Positions 33,778-43,278 of a stretch of DNA of 64,000 nt are shown here, piece after piece. The notes beneath the pieces were generated by a model that was not told the DNA's origin, did not search any database, and saw nothing but the letters and a program-made list of their open reading frames with translations. The DNA is taken from positions 64,001-128,000 of IMG/VR virus record IMGVR_UViG_3300044846_002555; one strand, given 5' to 3'. The stretch is from a virus. The first letter of the stretch is position 1; the number at the start of each line of letters is the position of its first letter. The position numbers and the translations under genes are program-made.

Positions 33778-34441
33778 TCAATTAAAATCTGTACAAGAAT
33801 ATTGTAAATTAAATAAAATTGAAGATGTCGACAATTTTATCACAAAATGTTTTGCGTCCGGATTTAGTATTGAAAAGTACGGGTTACTTGGTGAAGATTC
33901 GGAAAAACCGGTAGAGATTGAAATTATCAAAGAAATACGGGTTGAAGTTCCGGTTGAAGTCATCAAGGAGGTTGAAAAAATTGTTGAAGTTGTTAAGGAA
34001 GTTCCGGTCGAAACCATCAAAGAAGTTGAGGTCATCAAATATGTTGATAGAGAGGTGGTTAAGGAGGTTAAAGTGGAAGTTCCTGTCGAAAAAATAGTAT
34101 ATATTCACGACAAAAAAGAAGAAGAAAGTGTCACAAATTTAGACAATATTTGTGACAAACCTGAACCAATAATAGTTGAAAAAATAGTTGAAATTATTAA
34201 GGAAGTTCCGGTTGAAAAAATAGTAGAGAAAATTGTAGAAGTTGAAAAGATTGTTGAGGTAGAAAAACCAAATGATAAGGTATTACTTCTTCAAGAAACT
34301 TTACAGACATTAAAAAAAGAATTATCTTTAAAAAACACAAAGATTGAAGAACTTGAAAATAAAAATAAACAATTAGAATCTAATATCACAAATCAAAAAG
34401 CGGTGTATTTGAAAGGTTCTAACTTAAATGAAACAATGTAA
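33752..34441 (+). CDS. V/E/K/P-repeat (EKIVEVPVE) coiled-coil protein
   Basis: Repeats VEVPVEVIKEVEKIVEV; C-terminal heptad coiled coil. Confidence 0.7.
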   Translation: MRQIQLTTSQLKSVQEYCKLNKIEDVDNFITKCFASGFSIEKYGLLGEDSEKPVEIEIIKEIRVEVPVEVIKEVEKIVEVVKEVPVETIKEVEVIKYVDREVVKEVKVEVPVEKIVYIHDKKEEESVTNLDNICDKPEPIIVEKIVEIIKEVPVEKIVEKIVEVEKIVEVEKPNDKVLLLQETLQTLKKELSLKNTKIEELENKNKQLESNITNQKAVYLKGSNLNETM

Positions 34442-34442
34442 T

Positions 34443-34787
34443 ATGGTATTATTAATTTGGTTACTAGCGGCATACGGAATGTCAAACATATTGGTCTATG
34501 GGTCAATATTTCAAGGATTAAGAAATTTTATAAAAGCGTGGGGTGAATCGGTATTACCTTTCAATGGGTTAGCTAAATTCATTGGGGATTTACTATCTTG
34601 TATGATGTGTACAAGTGCGTGGGTTGGTTTTTTCTTTGGAATTGCTTATTATTCACCATCAACATCTTTGATTGGAACACCAACTTGGATTGGATGGTTC
34701 TTTGATGGGTTGATTGCGTCAGGGTTTGTTTGGGCATTCAACTCGATGGTAGAATGGTTTGAAGAAAATAGACCAACAAAGAATTAG
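34443..34787 (+). CDS. membrane protein with CxxC (DUF1360-like)
   Basis: Three hydrophobic segments, SIF..LR and LLSCMMCTSAWVG pattern; start set at MVLLIW. Confidence 0.5.
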   Translation: MVLLIWLLAAYGMSNILVYGSIFQGLRNFIKAWGESVLPFNGLAKFIGDLLSCMMCTSAWVGFFFGIAYYSPSTSLIGTPTWIGWFFDGLIASGFVWAFNSMVEWFEENRPTKN

Positions 34788-34790
34788 AAT

Positions 34791-35306
34791 ATGGAAAAAA
34801 GTTTAGGTGAATTTGTAATTAAGTTTTTACAAGACAAAACTCAAACAAGAAAGATTATTAAGTGTGATGATTTTTTCCAATTGATTGAGGATATGGGTAT
34901 TACTGATGAAAGTGACGATGTTATAAGTATTATAAATTATTTAGAAGAAAATAATACGGATATTAACTTTCACGGAGCAAACACTCAAAATTTTTACACT
35001 AGATATCGAAATATTGAAAGAAAAGTTCAGATGTCTAAAATGTTAAAAGGGTCTAAACCGGAAGTACAAAAACTAATTGAAAAAGTTGAAAGTATAACAG
35101 TTAAAGAAAGACCAGATTGGTTAGAAACGTATAGAAATGATGATGAGGGTGAATCACCTGTCGCTTATACAGATAAAGATAATAATTTAGGTAAAAGTAT
35201 TCTTGATAGATTAACTAATGAAATTAGAGAACGAGTTGAAAATGAACCGGGGATTACTTTAGATGAAATACAAGAACAAATGAATAACGAAATAAATAAC
35301 AATTAA
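34791..35306 (+). CDS. hypothetical protein
   Basis: 171-aa ORF in operon. Confidence 0.5.
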   Translation: MEKSLGEFVIKFLQDKTQTRKIIKCDDFFQLIEDMGITDESDDVISIINYLEENNTDINFHGANTQNFYTRYRNIERKVQMSKMLKGSKPEVQKLIEKVESITVKERPDWLETYRNDDEGESPVAYTDKDNNLGKSILDRLTNEIRERVENEPGITLDEIQEQMNNEINNN

Positions 35307-35322
35307 ATAAATAAATACAATT

Positions 35323-35586
35323 ATGCCAAAGTCAAAATTACGTGGTGGAGCAAAGGCTCACAACAAAAGAGTTACAACAAGAAACAACACTCTTAGAGGA
35401 TTAAGAAAGAAAGCTCAAGCGGAGTATCAAGAAATGTTTGAGAAACAAATGGAAGCGTTAAAAGTTCAATACCAAAATGAAAATGGTGAAACTACTGAAT
35501 TAAATGCTGAGGTTCTTGGTGACGCAAATGATATTAACGTAACGGATGTTGAAGTTGTAACTCCTGAAGTAACTGATGAGAACTAA
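35323..35586 (+). CDS. hypothetical protein with basic N-half and acidic C-half
   Basis: MPKSKLRGGAKAHNKR... then D/E-rich tail. Confidence 0.55.
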   Translation: MPKSKLRGGAKAHNKRVTTRNNTLRGLRKKAQAEYQEMFEKQMEALKVQYQNENGETTELNAEVLGDANDINVTDVEVVTPEVTDEN

Positions 35587-36085
35587 GATAGTATCAGCAT
35601 TTCCCGGAGTAGGGAAAACAACTTTTCATAAAAATAATCCGGAAACAACTTTGGATTCTGATTCAAGTGGGTTTAGTTGGGTTATAAATGAAAATGGTGA
35701 AAAGATAAGAAATCCTGAGTTCCCACAGAACTATATTACCCATATCAAAGAGAATATTGGTAAATACAAATACATCTTTGTTTCTTCACATAAAGAAGTT
35801 AGAGATGCGTTATTGGATAATTGTCTATATTTCTATTTGGTTTATCCGGATGATAACCGAAAAGATGAGTTTATTCAACGATATAGAGATAGAGGTAACG
35901 ACGAGAACTTTATTAAGTTGGTTGATTCTAAATGGAATGAATGGATGTCAGAATACTATTGGATGGATAGAGGTTGTGAAAAACTAACCGCATACGATGA
36001 TTGGAATTTAGATACCGTGTTGGAAGCTCAAGATAGGAGAGACGGTGGTGATGTCATTGAAGAAGATGTAGAAGAACTGAATTAA
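35576..36085 (+). CDS. P-loop kinase-like protein
   Basis: N-terminal SAFPGVGKTT Walker A, LDSD, R..RG lid. Confidence 0.65.
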   Translation: MRTKIVSAFPGVGKTTFHKNNPETTLDSDSSGFSWVINENGEKIRNPEFPQNYITHIKENIGKYKYIFVSSHKEVRDALLDNCLYFYLVYPDDNRKDEFIQRYRDRGNDENFIKLVDSKWNEWMSEYYWMDRGCEKLTAYDDWNLDTVLEAQDRRDGGDVIEEDVEELN

Positions 36086-36090
36086 AACAA

Positions 36091-38460
36091 ATGGATTTAT
36101 TTAATCCCCCAATCGAATTTAATTACACAATAATGATAAAAGATTTAGATATCACAAGTTTTGATAATCCTTACCTACAGATTGTATGGGAGGACTATGC
36201 TGAAAACTTTACACAAGAAAAAATAAAAAGTGTTCGTCATTACTTCCAAAAGAAGTACAACACAACCAATGTTAATGTTATTACAAAGACAAAGGTTGCT
36301 GACGACACCACACATACCGTAGACATATCCTTTAACATCTTGGATGAGAACTATCAATTAGAATTAGTTCGTTCATTCTTGGAGTCAAAAGGGAATATGG
36401 AACACTACGATGATATCTACCAACTTAATAGTATTGTAGATAACAAATTATTACAAGACCAAACCGATGTCACTCCGTTTAAGAGATGGTACATTAAGAA
36501 CATTGAGTTCTCAAACTTTTTATCCTATGGTGAGAATCAGAAGATAGATTTTGAGAAGTGTGATGGGATTACGGTTGTAGAGTCAAACCCACCTAACTTT
36601 GGGGGTAAGACAGTTCTTACTGTGGATTTACTTATGTTCTTATTTTTTAATGAGACAACCAAGACATCAAAAGCTGAGGAGATATTCAACAGATTTACTG
36701 AAAGAAACAAAGTTGCCGTAAAAGGTGAGATAACAATCGATGGTGAGGAGTACATCATATTGAGAAATATTGAGAGAAAGTTATCAAAGAAAAATGAATG
36801 GAACGTTAAAACCGAGTTGGACTTTTATAAAAGATTGTCTGATGGTAGTTTACAGAACTTCACCGGAGAACAACGAAGAGAGACCGAGGCGTTTATTAAA
36901 ACGTCAATCGGGACTAAAGAGGACTTCTTAATGACCATTTTAACAACTGCCACCAACTTGGAAGAACTAATTGATGCCAAACCTACGGCGAGGGGTCAAG
37001 TTCTTTCAAGATTTATGGGGTTGGATTTCCTTAAACGAAAAGAAGAAGCTGCCAAAGAAATTTATAGTGATTTCTCAAAAGGAATGTTATCAAACATTTA
37101 TAACTCGGAACAACTTAAAACTGACAACCAAACTAATCAAGAAACCATTGATACTCTAACGGAAACTAATGTTACGTTGGACACTCAATTGGAAGACGTT
37201 AAAGGTAGAATTGTTAAGGGTCAGGAGTATCGTGATGGATTATTAAAATCCAAACACAACATTGATAAGGAATTGACAATGGTATCTCCGGACAAAGTTC
37301 AAGAGGAGATTAATGGATTGGATTTACAAAAGGGTAAAGCCATTTCCGATAGAGATGGGGTTAAGGTTATTGAACCATCTGAATTTTACCACGAGGACAA
37401 ACACGATGAGGTAAAACAAGAGATTAAGGACTTGATTACCAAACAAGCGGAGAACAACGCAAAGATTAAAAGTATTGAAGAACTTAAGAGTTCGGTTGAT
37501 GGTGGAATCAAATGTGAACATTGTGGTATTGAACTTATGAATGCAGCTATAACCAACGCAAAAATTGGTGAACTTGCCGGGTTTATCACGCACAAAGAGG
37601 AATTGGAGGGGTTAATGAGTGAATTAACCAGCAAAGAAGAAGGTTTTGTCAATCTTAAAAAAGAGTTTGATGAGTATGAAAAAAACAAACTTATCAAAGA
37701 GAAATATGAATTAAGTGTTGAACGTTTCCAATTGATGATTGACTCATTGAAAACCAAATTGGAAAGATATTCTGAAGTTCAGGATAAGATTGTGGAAAAC
37801 AATAAGACAGACGGATTATTGATTAAAGCGGGAATCAGAATTGATGAACTTGAGGGTGAGAAAAAAACCATTGAAACTAGTATCTCAAACAATAAGTTCA
37901 CCATTAAAACTCTAACCGATAAAATTAATTCTAACTTGGAAACAATTAGAAAAATCGCAGAAGAGGCCGAAAGAGAAAGAATTTATAAAATCTATTTGGA
38001 AATCTTTGGTAAGAATGGGGTAACCAAACTTATAATGAAAACTATGATGCCACTTATTAATAGTGAACTTCAAAGATTGTTGGAAGATAGTTGTCACTTC
38101 AGATTAGAGGTTAAGATTAATGATAAGAATGAAGTTGACTTCCTTATGATTGATAATAACACTCAAGTTGAAAAACCAATGTCTTCCGGTTCAGGGTATG
38201 AAAGAACAATTGCCTCACTAGCGTTAAGAGCGGTATTAAGTAAAATCTGTTCATTACCAAGAGCAAATGTTGTTGTGTTTGATGAGGTATTCGGAAAAAT
38301 ATCCAACGACAACTTGGAGATGGTATCGGAGTTCTTCACAAAAATTAAAGAATACTTTGAAAAGATATTTGTAATCACACATAATCCACTAGTAACGAAT
38401 TGGTCGGATAATGTGGTGAGGATTAGAAAAGAAGAAAATATTAGTTATGTTTCCCAATAA
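36091..38460 (+). CDS. sbcC: SbcC/Rad50-like SMC ATPase with N-terminal extension
   Basis: IEFSNFLSYG, Walker A variant NPPNFGGKT, coiled coils, CEHC zinc hook, SGSGYE signature, VVFDE Walker B, ITH. Confidence 0.85.
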   Translation: MDLFNPPIEFNYTIMIKDLDITSFDNPYLQIVWEDYAENFTQEKIKSVRHYFQKKYNTTNVNVITKTKVADDTTHTVDISFNILDENYQLELVRSFLESKGNMEHYDDIYQLNSIVDNKLLQDQTDVTPFKRWYIKNIEFSNFLSYGENQKIDFEKCDGITVVESNPPNFGGKTVLTVDLLMFLFFNETTKTSKAEEIFNRFTERNKVAVKGEITIDGEEYIILRNIERKLSKKNEWNVKTELDFYKRLSDGSLQNFTGEQRRETEAFIKTSIGTKEDFLMTILTTATNLEELIDAKPTARGQVLSRFMGLDFLKRKEEAAKEIYSDFSKGMLSNIYNSEQLKTDNQTNQETIDTLTETNVTLDTQLEDVKGRIVKGQEYRDGLLKSKHNIDKELTMVSPDKVQEEINGLDLQKGKAISDRDGVKVIEPSEFYHEDKHDEVKQEIKDLITKQAENNAKIKSIEELKSSVDGGIKCEHCGIELMNAAITNAKIGELAGFITHKEELEGLMSELTSKEEGFVNLKKEFDEYEKNKLIKEKYELSVERFQLMIDSLKTKLERYSEVQDKIVENNKTDGLLIKAGIRIDELEGEKKTIETSISNNKFTIKTLTDKINSNLETIRKIAEEAERERIYKIYLEIFGKNGVTKLIMKTMMPLINSELQRLLEDSCHFRLEVKINDKNEVDFLMIDNNTQVEKPMSSGSGYERTIASLALRAVLSKICSLPRANVVVFDEVFGKISNDNLEMVSEFFTKIKEYFEKIFVITHNPLVTNWSDNVVRIRKEENISYVSQ

Positions 38461-38485
38461 AAGTTTGGGGAACATAATTTTTTTA
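38445..38485 (+). terminator. intrinsic terminator after sbcC
   Basis: ttatgtttcccaa / ttggggaacataa stem followed by a T-run. Confidence 0.65.
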
Positions 38486-38494
38486 TTATCTTTG
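38464..38494 (+). promoter_or_regulatory. Bacteroidota sigma-A consensus promoter
   Basis: TTTG 38464-38467, 19-nt spacer, TATCTTTG 38487-38494. Confidence 0.75.
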
Positions 38495-38531
38495 TAACCT
38501 AATATGGAATTTAAAAACAAAACTATAGACT

Positions 38532-40988
38532 ATGACAAACACTGATAAAAGATTATCATCAATTTTAGTTGAGAAAGACGTTGAAAATATTTATCGACAA
38601 TATTTAACCAAAAAGTTTGGGGATATTATTTTTAACTCACCATTTAAATGCGATGGATATGGGGAATCCAAAAAACACAATATTAGACTTATTTGTGAAT
38701 TCAAAGATATACTTGATTTAACCCTCAGAATAAATCAAATTAAATCATTGTGTCAAGCATTATATTATATTAAAAAATTTGAAATTTCAGGTAAAATTTT
38801 ACCTTCAGTTATTTTTATTGGTGACCGAAGTAAATGTTTTGCGATTCACACTAATGAAATATTTAATTATTTAGGGATGGATTTTGATTGGTCTATTGCA
38901 CCATCTAAATCTTATACTAATATTGAATTAGTTAATTTAATGATGGTGGATGAGAAAATTAATCCACACATATTTGGTATTAAAGATATTGCAAATTGTG
39001 TTGATAAGATTAAAGACCTTAATGATGGTGTTAAGAGATTAATACCAATTACCCCACATAATGTTACCGAAGTATTTAAACACTTTGAAGATAATGTTAT
39101 TGGTACTCACAAATTAGATACTAATCAATTGGCTAATTTATTTGTACAGTTATTAGTAAATCCTGATGAAAATTATCTTCATCCAGTTGTTCGTAGAAAA
39201 ACTGTTGTGACTAAATCATTTCGTGAAGTAAATCTTAAAAATAGAGAAGTTTTTGTATCATTTTTTTCACATTTTTCTCGTGAATATACCCCAAGTCAAA
39301 AAGAACATTTAACAGCTGTTGTTGACCGTTTAGTACAAGATATAACTCGTCGTAAACAAGGTGAGTTTTTTACCCCGACTATTTGGGTAAATAAAGCTCA
39401 CGAATATATTGAGTCAGTTTATGGGGAAGATTGGAAAGAAAAATATGTGGTATGGGACCCAGCGTGGGGGACCGGTAATTTAACTCGTGATTATAGATTT
39501 AAAGAACTTTATGTGTCAACATTAAATTATAGTGATATTCAAACGGCAGAACAAATGGGTTTTAACCCGGAATCAATTAAGTTTCAGTCAGATTTTTTAA
39601 ATGATGATTACAGTTATTTACCTAAAAAATTAAAAGACTCTATAGAAGGGGGTAAACCAATTTTTATTTTATTAAATCCGCCCTATGTTGCATCAGCTAA
39701 TTTTGGGGAAAGTGATAAAAAAGGTGCGTCACAAACAGTTACAAGTATTAATATGGTTAAAGATGGGTTTGGTAAATCGTCTCAAAATTTATACGCTCAG
39801 TTCCTTTATCAAATTTATAAATTAAAGGAAAAAAATAATAATATTAATATTGGGATTTTTTCACCTTCATTATTTTTTACAGGTTCAAGTTTTAAAATGT
39901 TTAGAAAAAAATTTTTTAATGAGTTCAAATATGAAAAAGGGTTTTTATTTGATGCGTCTAATTTTGACGATGTTTCAAAAGATTGGGGGATAAATTTTGT
40001 TTTATTCAGTAGTGGTATTAATGATTCAAATATTTTTAATTTAGATACAATTAAAAAAAATAAAAATGATTTTTCATCTGAATTTAATGGTGATGAATAT
40101 TCATTAGAAGTTATTGGTGATAAGACTTTATATAATTGTGACTCAAATGTTGCGGCATCTGAGTGGGTTAGGTCTGAAATAAAAAATATTAAAACAGATT
40201 CTTCTTTACCACAATTTCAAAACGCAACTAAATTAAGAACGCAAGGAAAACTTAGTGGTGGATATATTGAAGACTCGTTAGGTTATTTTTATAATAATTC
40301 AAATAATATTGACAAGAACAGTCAGAATGTTGCTATGTGGTCGGCAGGATTTTATGCTGGTCACGGAGTATCGGTTATTAATGAAAATTTTTATAAGTGT
40401 GTTTCATTATTCGCAGCAAGAAAATTAATATCTAAAAATTGGGAAAATTCTAAAGATGAATATCTTTCACCAAATGAGAATTCGGACAATTATTTTCAAT
40501 TCAAAATTGACTCTATAGTTCATTCTTTATTTCATATACATTCTTATCAATCTAGTTTAAGACAAGTAGCACATAATGACCAATTATGGGATATTAAAAA
40601 TGAATTTTTTTGGATGAGTAAAAACGAAATGACAGGTTTTGCGAATCAAAATAATTACACTGAGTTATACAATGATGTGAGAACTGATTCGGACCGTTAT
40701 GTACACACTTTATTGTTTGGGGAAGATGGTGTTTATGAACAACTTTCAAACGAGGCTAAGGAAGTTTTAGATGCTGCGACTAATTTAGTTAGACTATCAT
40801 TCGGAATGAGAAGAAATTTTGCTGATAACACAAATTATCTTAATAGTTGGGATGCTGGTTATGCTCAACTAAAGTTACTTTGGAAAGAATATTTTCCTGA
40901 ACAATTTAAAGACTTTAGGGTAAAATATAAATTACTTGAAGATAAAATGAGACCAATGGTTTATGAATTAGGATTTTTATTACCATAA
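38532..40988 (+). CDS. Type IIG-like fused restriction endonuclease / N6-adenine methyltransferase
   Basis: N-terminal E..D..EFK..Q...Y nuclease-like motif; GEFFTP, VWDPAWGTGNL (motif I), LLNPPY (motif IV); long C-terminal specificity region. Confidence 0.7.
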   Translation: MTNTDKRLSSILVEKDVENIYRQYLTKKFGDIIFNSPFKCDGYGESKKHNIRLICEFKDILDLTLRINQIKSLCQALYYIKKFEISGKILPSVIFIGDRSKCFAIHTNEIFNYLGMDFDWSIAPSKSYTNIELVNLMMVDEKINPHIFGIKDIANCVDKIKDLNDGVKRLIPITPHNVTEVFKHFEDNVIGTHKLDTNQLANLFVQLLVNPDENYLHPVVRRKTVVTKSFREVNLKNREVFVSFFSHFSREYTPSQKEHLTAVVDRLVQDITRRKQGEFFTPTIWVNKAHEYIESVYGEDWKEKYVVWDPAWGTGNLTRDYRFKELYVSTLNYSDIQTAEQMGFNPESIKFQSDFLNDDYSYLPKKLKDSIEGGKPIFILLNPPYVASANFGESDKKGASQTVTSINMVKDGFGKSSQNLYAQFLYQIYKLKEKNNNINIGIFSPSLFFTGSSFKMFRKKFFNEFKYEKGFLFDASNFDDVSKDWGINFVLFSSGINDSNIFNLDTIKKNKNDFSSEFNGDEYSLEVIGDKTLYNCDSNVAASEWVRSEIKNIKTDSSLPQFQNATKLRTQGKLSGGYIEDSLGYFYNNSNNIDKNSQNVAMWSAGFYAGHGVSVINENFYKCVSLFAARKLISKNWENSKDEYLSPNENSDNYFQFKIDSIVHSLFHIHSYQSSLRQVAHNDQLWDIKNEFFWMSKNEMTGFANQNNYTELYNDVRTDSDRYVHTLLFGEDGVYEQLSNEAKEVLDAATNLVRLSFGMRRNFADNTNYLNSWDAGYAQLKLLWKEYFPEQFKDFRVKYKLLEDKMRPMVYELGFLLP

Positions 40989-40991
40989 TTA

Positions 40992-41519
40992 ATGAAACAA
41001 CTAACATATAATAGAAAAGGGGTGTTACACACACCCCTCCTTTACTGGCAAACCGACGACAAAACTACAATCGCGATATATCAAGGAATGAGGGGTGAAA
41101 ATCCGGAACTTGATTTTATTGTAAAATATAAGGAGGATGGTAAACGATTAAGAATGCCCTCACACACTCATTGGATTGTGGATTTATTGGTTAAAGCGGA
41201 ACACAATAAAGAATTATTATTATCTTATGTTAATAATTTGATTTTAATTTATGAAAACTCTGAACCATTTAATTGTGTTGAAGAAAGAGATACTTATGAA
41301 TTAAGACATAATTATGTTATGGATTTAAGATATAATGAGTTAAATGGTTGTGGGTATTATAGTATTTCTACTTTGACGGCATTTATTGAGTTATTTTCAA
41401 TTTGTGAAAAACAAACAAGTGGGGCGTTTATGTTCAAAGGGTTACTTGAAATGGTTAAAGAATATTGTCAAGGAAAAAAAGATTTTTACCAAATAGTTGG
41501 TTATTCCAAAAGAGTTTAG
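40992..41519 (+). CDS. hypothetical protein coupled to the RM-like gene
   Basis: 175 aa, starts 3 nt after the RM stop; RLRMPSHTHWIVDL motif. Confidence 0.55.
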   Translation: MKQLTYNRKGVLHTPLLYWQTDDKTTIAIYQGMRGENPELDFIVKYKEDGKRLRMPSHTHWIVDLLVKAEHNKELLLSYVNNLILIYENSEPFNCVEERDTYELRHNYVMDLRYNELNGCGYYSISTLTAFIELFSICEKQTSGAFMFKGLLEMVKEYCQGKKDFYQIVGYSKRV

Positions 41520-41527
41520 TACTTTTG
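41497..41527 (+). promoter_or_regulatory. Bacteroidota-type promoter
   Basis: TTG 41497-41499, 20-nt spacer, TACTTTTG 41520-41527. Confidence 0.55.
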
Positions 41528-41557
41528 TAACATAATTTAAATTTAAACGTATAACGT

Positions 41558-42133
41558 ATGGATGGTTTAACCAAATACATTTTATTTGTCTTTGCAAAAA
41601 ATGACAACCCAAAAGAATTTACAGAACAAATCGCAGAAGAATTATGTGTCATTTCCGACACACCCAATCTTAATTATTATTTCGGACCGGAGTCATCCGT
41701 GTTTACCATTTCAACATTAGATTCATATGAGGATGTAAAAGATTTTGTTGATATGATTTTAGGTGTGGGTGAAATTATGTATATATTACTACCTTTTACT
41801 CCTGACAAAATGTCATATGGATTACCTAAAAAAATATCTGAACATCTGTTTAATGATGGGATTAGTGACTTTATGTCAGGAAAATCTAACAATTCAGAGC
41901 CAAATGAATTTGAGGTACGAAAAATGATACAAGACAAAATCCGTGATACATTTAATTTAAACATTGAAAACTTTGACTTTGAATATGATGAAGATGAATG
42001 GTCTGACATTGATGAAATTAAAAATAAACAACGTAGTCCATCTTTAGATGAATTATTAGAAAAGATTAAAGAAAAGGGTTTAAATTCGCTAACTGAAAAA
42101 GAATTAATATTTTTAAACAAATACTCAAATTAA
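41558..42133 (+). CDS. hypothetical protein with C-terminal DUF6576-like helical domain
   Basis: LDELLEKIKEKGLNSLTEKELIFL resembles the C-terminal tail of Bacteroidota rhomboid-type proteins. Confidence 0.5.
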   Translation: MDGLTKYILFVFAKNDNPKEFTEQIAEELCVISDTPNLNYYFGPESSVFTISTLDSYEDVKDFVDMILGVGEIMYILLPFTPDKMSYGLPKKISEHLFNDGISDFMSGKSNNSEPNEFEVRKMIQDKIRDTFNLNIENFDFEYDEDEWSDIDEIKNKQRSPSLDELLEKIKEKGLNSLTEKELIFLNKYSN

Positions 42134-42134
42134 T

Positions 42135-42935
42135 ATGAAAGAAAAAAATTCCGGTATTCCGATTAATCAAGAAGAGATTCAATTATATCTTAAAGATATT
42201 CGTAAGATTAAAGTGATGACCCCTGAAAGAGAACGTGAGTTATCTAAATTGATTACCTCGGGTACTCTAACAGAGAACGAGATTAAGGAGATTAATAAAG
42301 AATTATTAGAAGGTAATTTACGTTTTGTAATTACCGTGGCGAAACAATATCAAAATCAAGGGTTGGATTTCCCTGATTTAATCGCTGAAGGTAATCTAGG
42401 ATTGATGAAAGCCATCAACAATTTTGATTGGTCAAAGAATTTACGTTTCATTTCTTATGCGGTGTGGTGGGTTAAACAATCAATCCTTCAATCGTTGAAT
42501 GACAATGCTCGTACAATCCGACTACCGGTTAATGTGGTTCAAGATTTACATAGAGCCAAAAAAGAAATTGAATCTAATGGTGGTAAGTTAGATGATAAGT
42601 TTCAAAACCTACCTTCAATGATTGATTTAGATATGAATATCAATGAAGATGGTGATACCCTTGTTGACGTGATTAAAAATGAAGGTGCCGATATGCCTGA
42701 TGAAGCATTTAATGGTAAAGATTTGTTGAAAGCAAAATTAATTTCATTGTTAAATGTTTTAGATGAACGTGAAAAAGTTATTGTTGAGGACTATTTCGGA
42801 TTAACCGGAACACAGAGAACCCTTGAAGATATTGGTAGTGATTTTAATCTAACCAAAGAAAGGGTTAGACAAATTAAAGAGAAAGCCTTACGAAAATTAA
42901 GGAACGACTGTTCGGTATTGTTTGATTATATGTAA
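42135..42935 (+). CDS. RNA polymerase sigma-70 factor (RpoD/SigA-like, no region 1.1)
   Basis: LYLKDI (1.2), NLRFVITVAKQY, DLIAEGNLGL, RFISYAVWW, RTIRLP, TLEDIG..LTKERVRQIKEKAL (4.2). Confidence 0.95.
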   Translation: MKEKNSGIPINQEEIQLYLKDIRKIKVMTPERERELSKLITSGTLTENEIKEINKELLEGNLRFVITVAKQYQNQGLDFPDLIAEGNLGLMKAINNFDWSKNLRFISYAVWWVKQSILQSLNDNARTIRLPVNVVQDLHRAKKEIESNGGKLDDKFQNLPSMIDLDMNINEDGDTLVDVIKNEGADMPDEAFNGKDLLKAKLISLLNVLDEREKVIVEDYFGLTGTQRTLEDIGSDFNLTKERVRQIKEKALRKLRNDCSVLFDYM

Positions 42936-42944
42936 AAATTTTAG

Positions 42945-42976
42945 AACCTTCTATTTATTATAATAGAAGGTTTTTT
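42945..42976 (+). terminator. intrinsic terminator after the sigma gene
   Basis: aaccttcta / tagaaggtt stem plus T-run; TATTTAT overlaps the loop. Confidence 0.7.
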
Positions 42977-43005
42977 ACTTTTATGATAAAACTAAAACAA
43001 AAATT

Positions 43006-43278
43006 ATGAAAGCAATATTAAATTTTATTGATGTGTGGGGAAACAGAATCATGTTTTTCTTAATTATTATCGTGTTCTTTAAAACTTGTACCACTAATGG
43101 TAGAGTAGATAAAGTGACAAAAAAAGTTGATACTTTAGAAGTTAAAATGACTAAAGAAATCAAAATTGAAGGATTAAAATCTGAAAAAAGAATGATTCAA
43201 GCAACAGACAGAAAAATCATGGATGTTAACAGACAGACAGAAATTGATAAAGAGATAACTAAAATCACAAATGATTAA
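43006..43278 (+). CDS. small membrane-anchored protein
   Basis: N-terminal hydrophobic IMFFLIIIVFFKTC followed by a charged helix. Confidence 0.55.
   Translation: MKAILNFIDVWGNRIMFFLIIIVFFKTCTTNGRVDKVTKKVDTLEVKMTKEIKIEGLKSEKRMIQATDRKIMDVNRQTEIDKEITKITND

Noticed and set aside
38504-38545. Programmed frameshift extending the RM-like protein N-terminally
   Set aside because: An in-frame TAG at 38526-38528 lies just before the ATG, so a shift at the upstream A-run could not read into the gene
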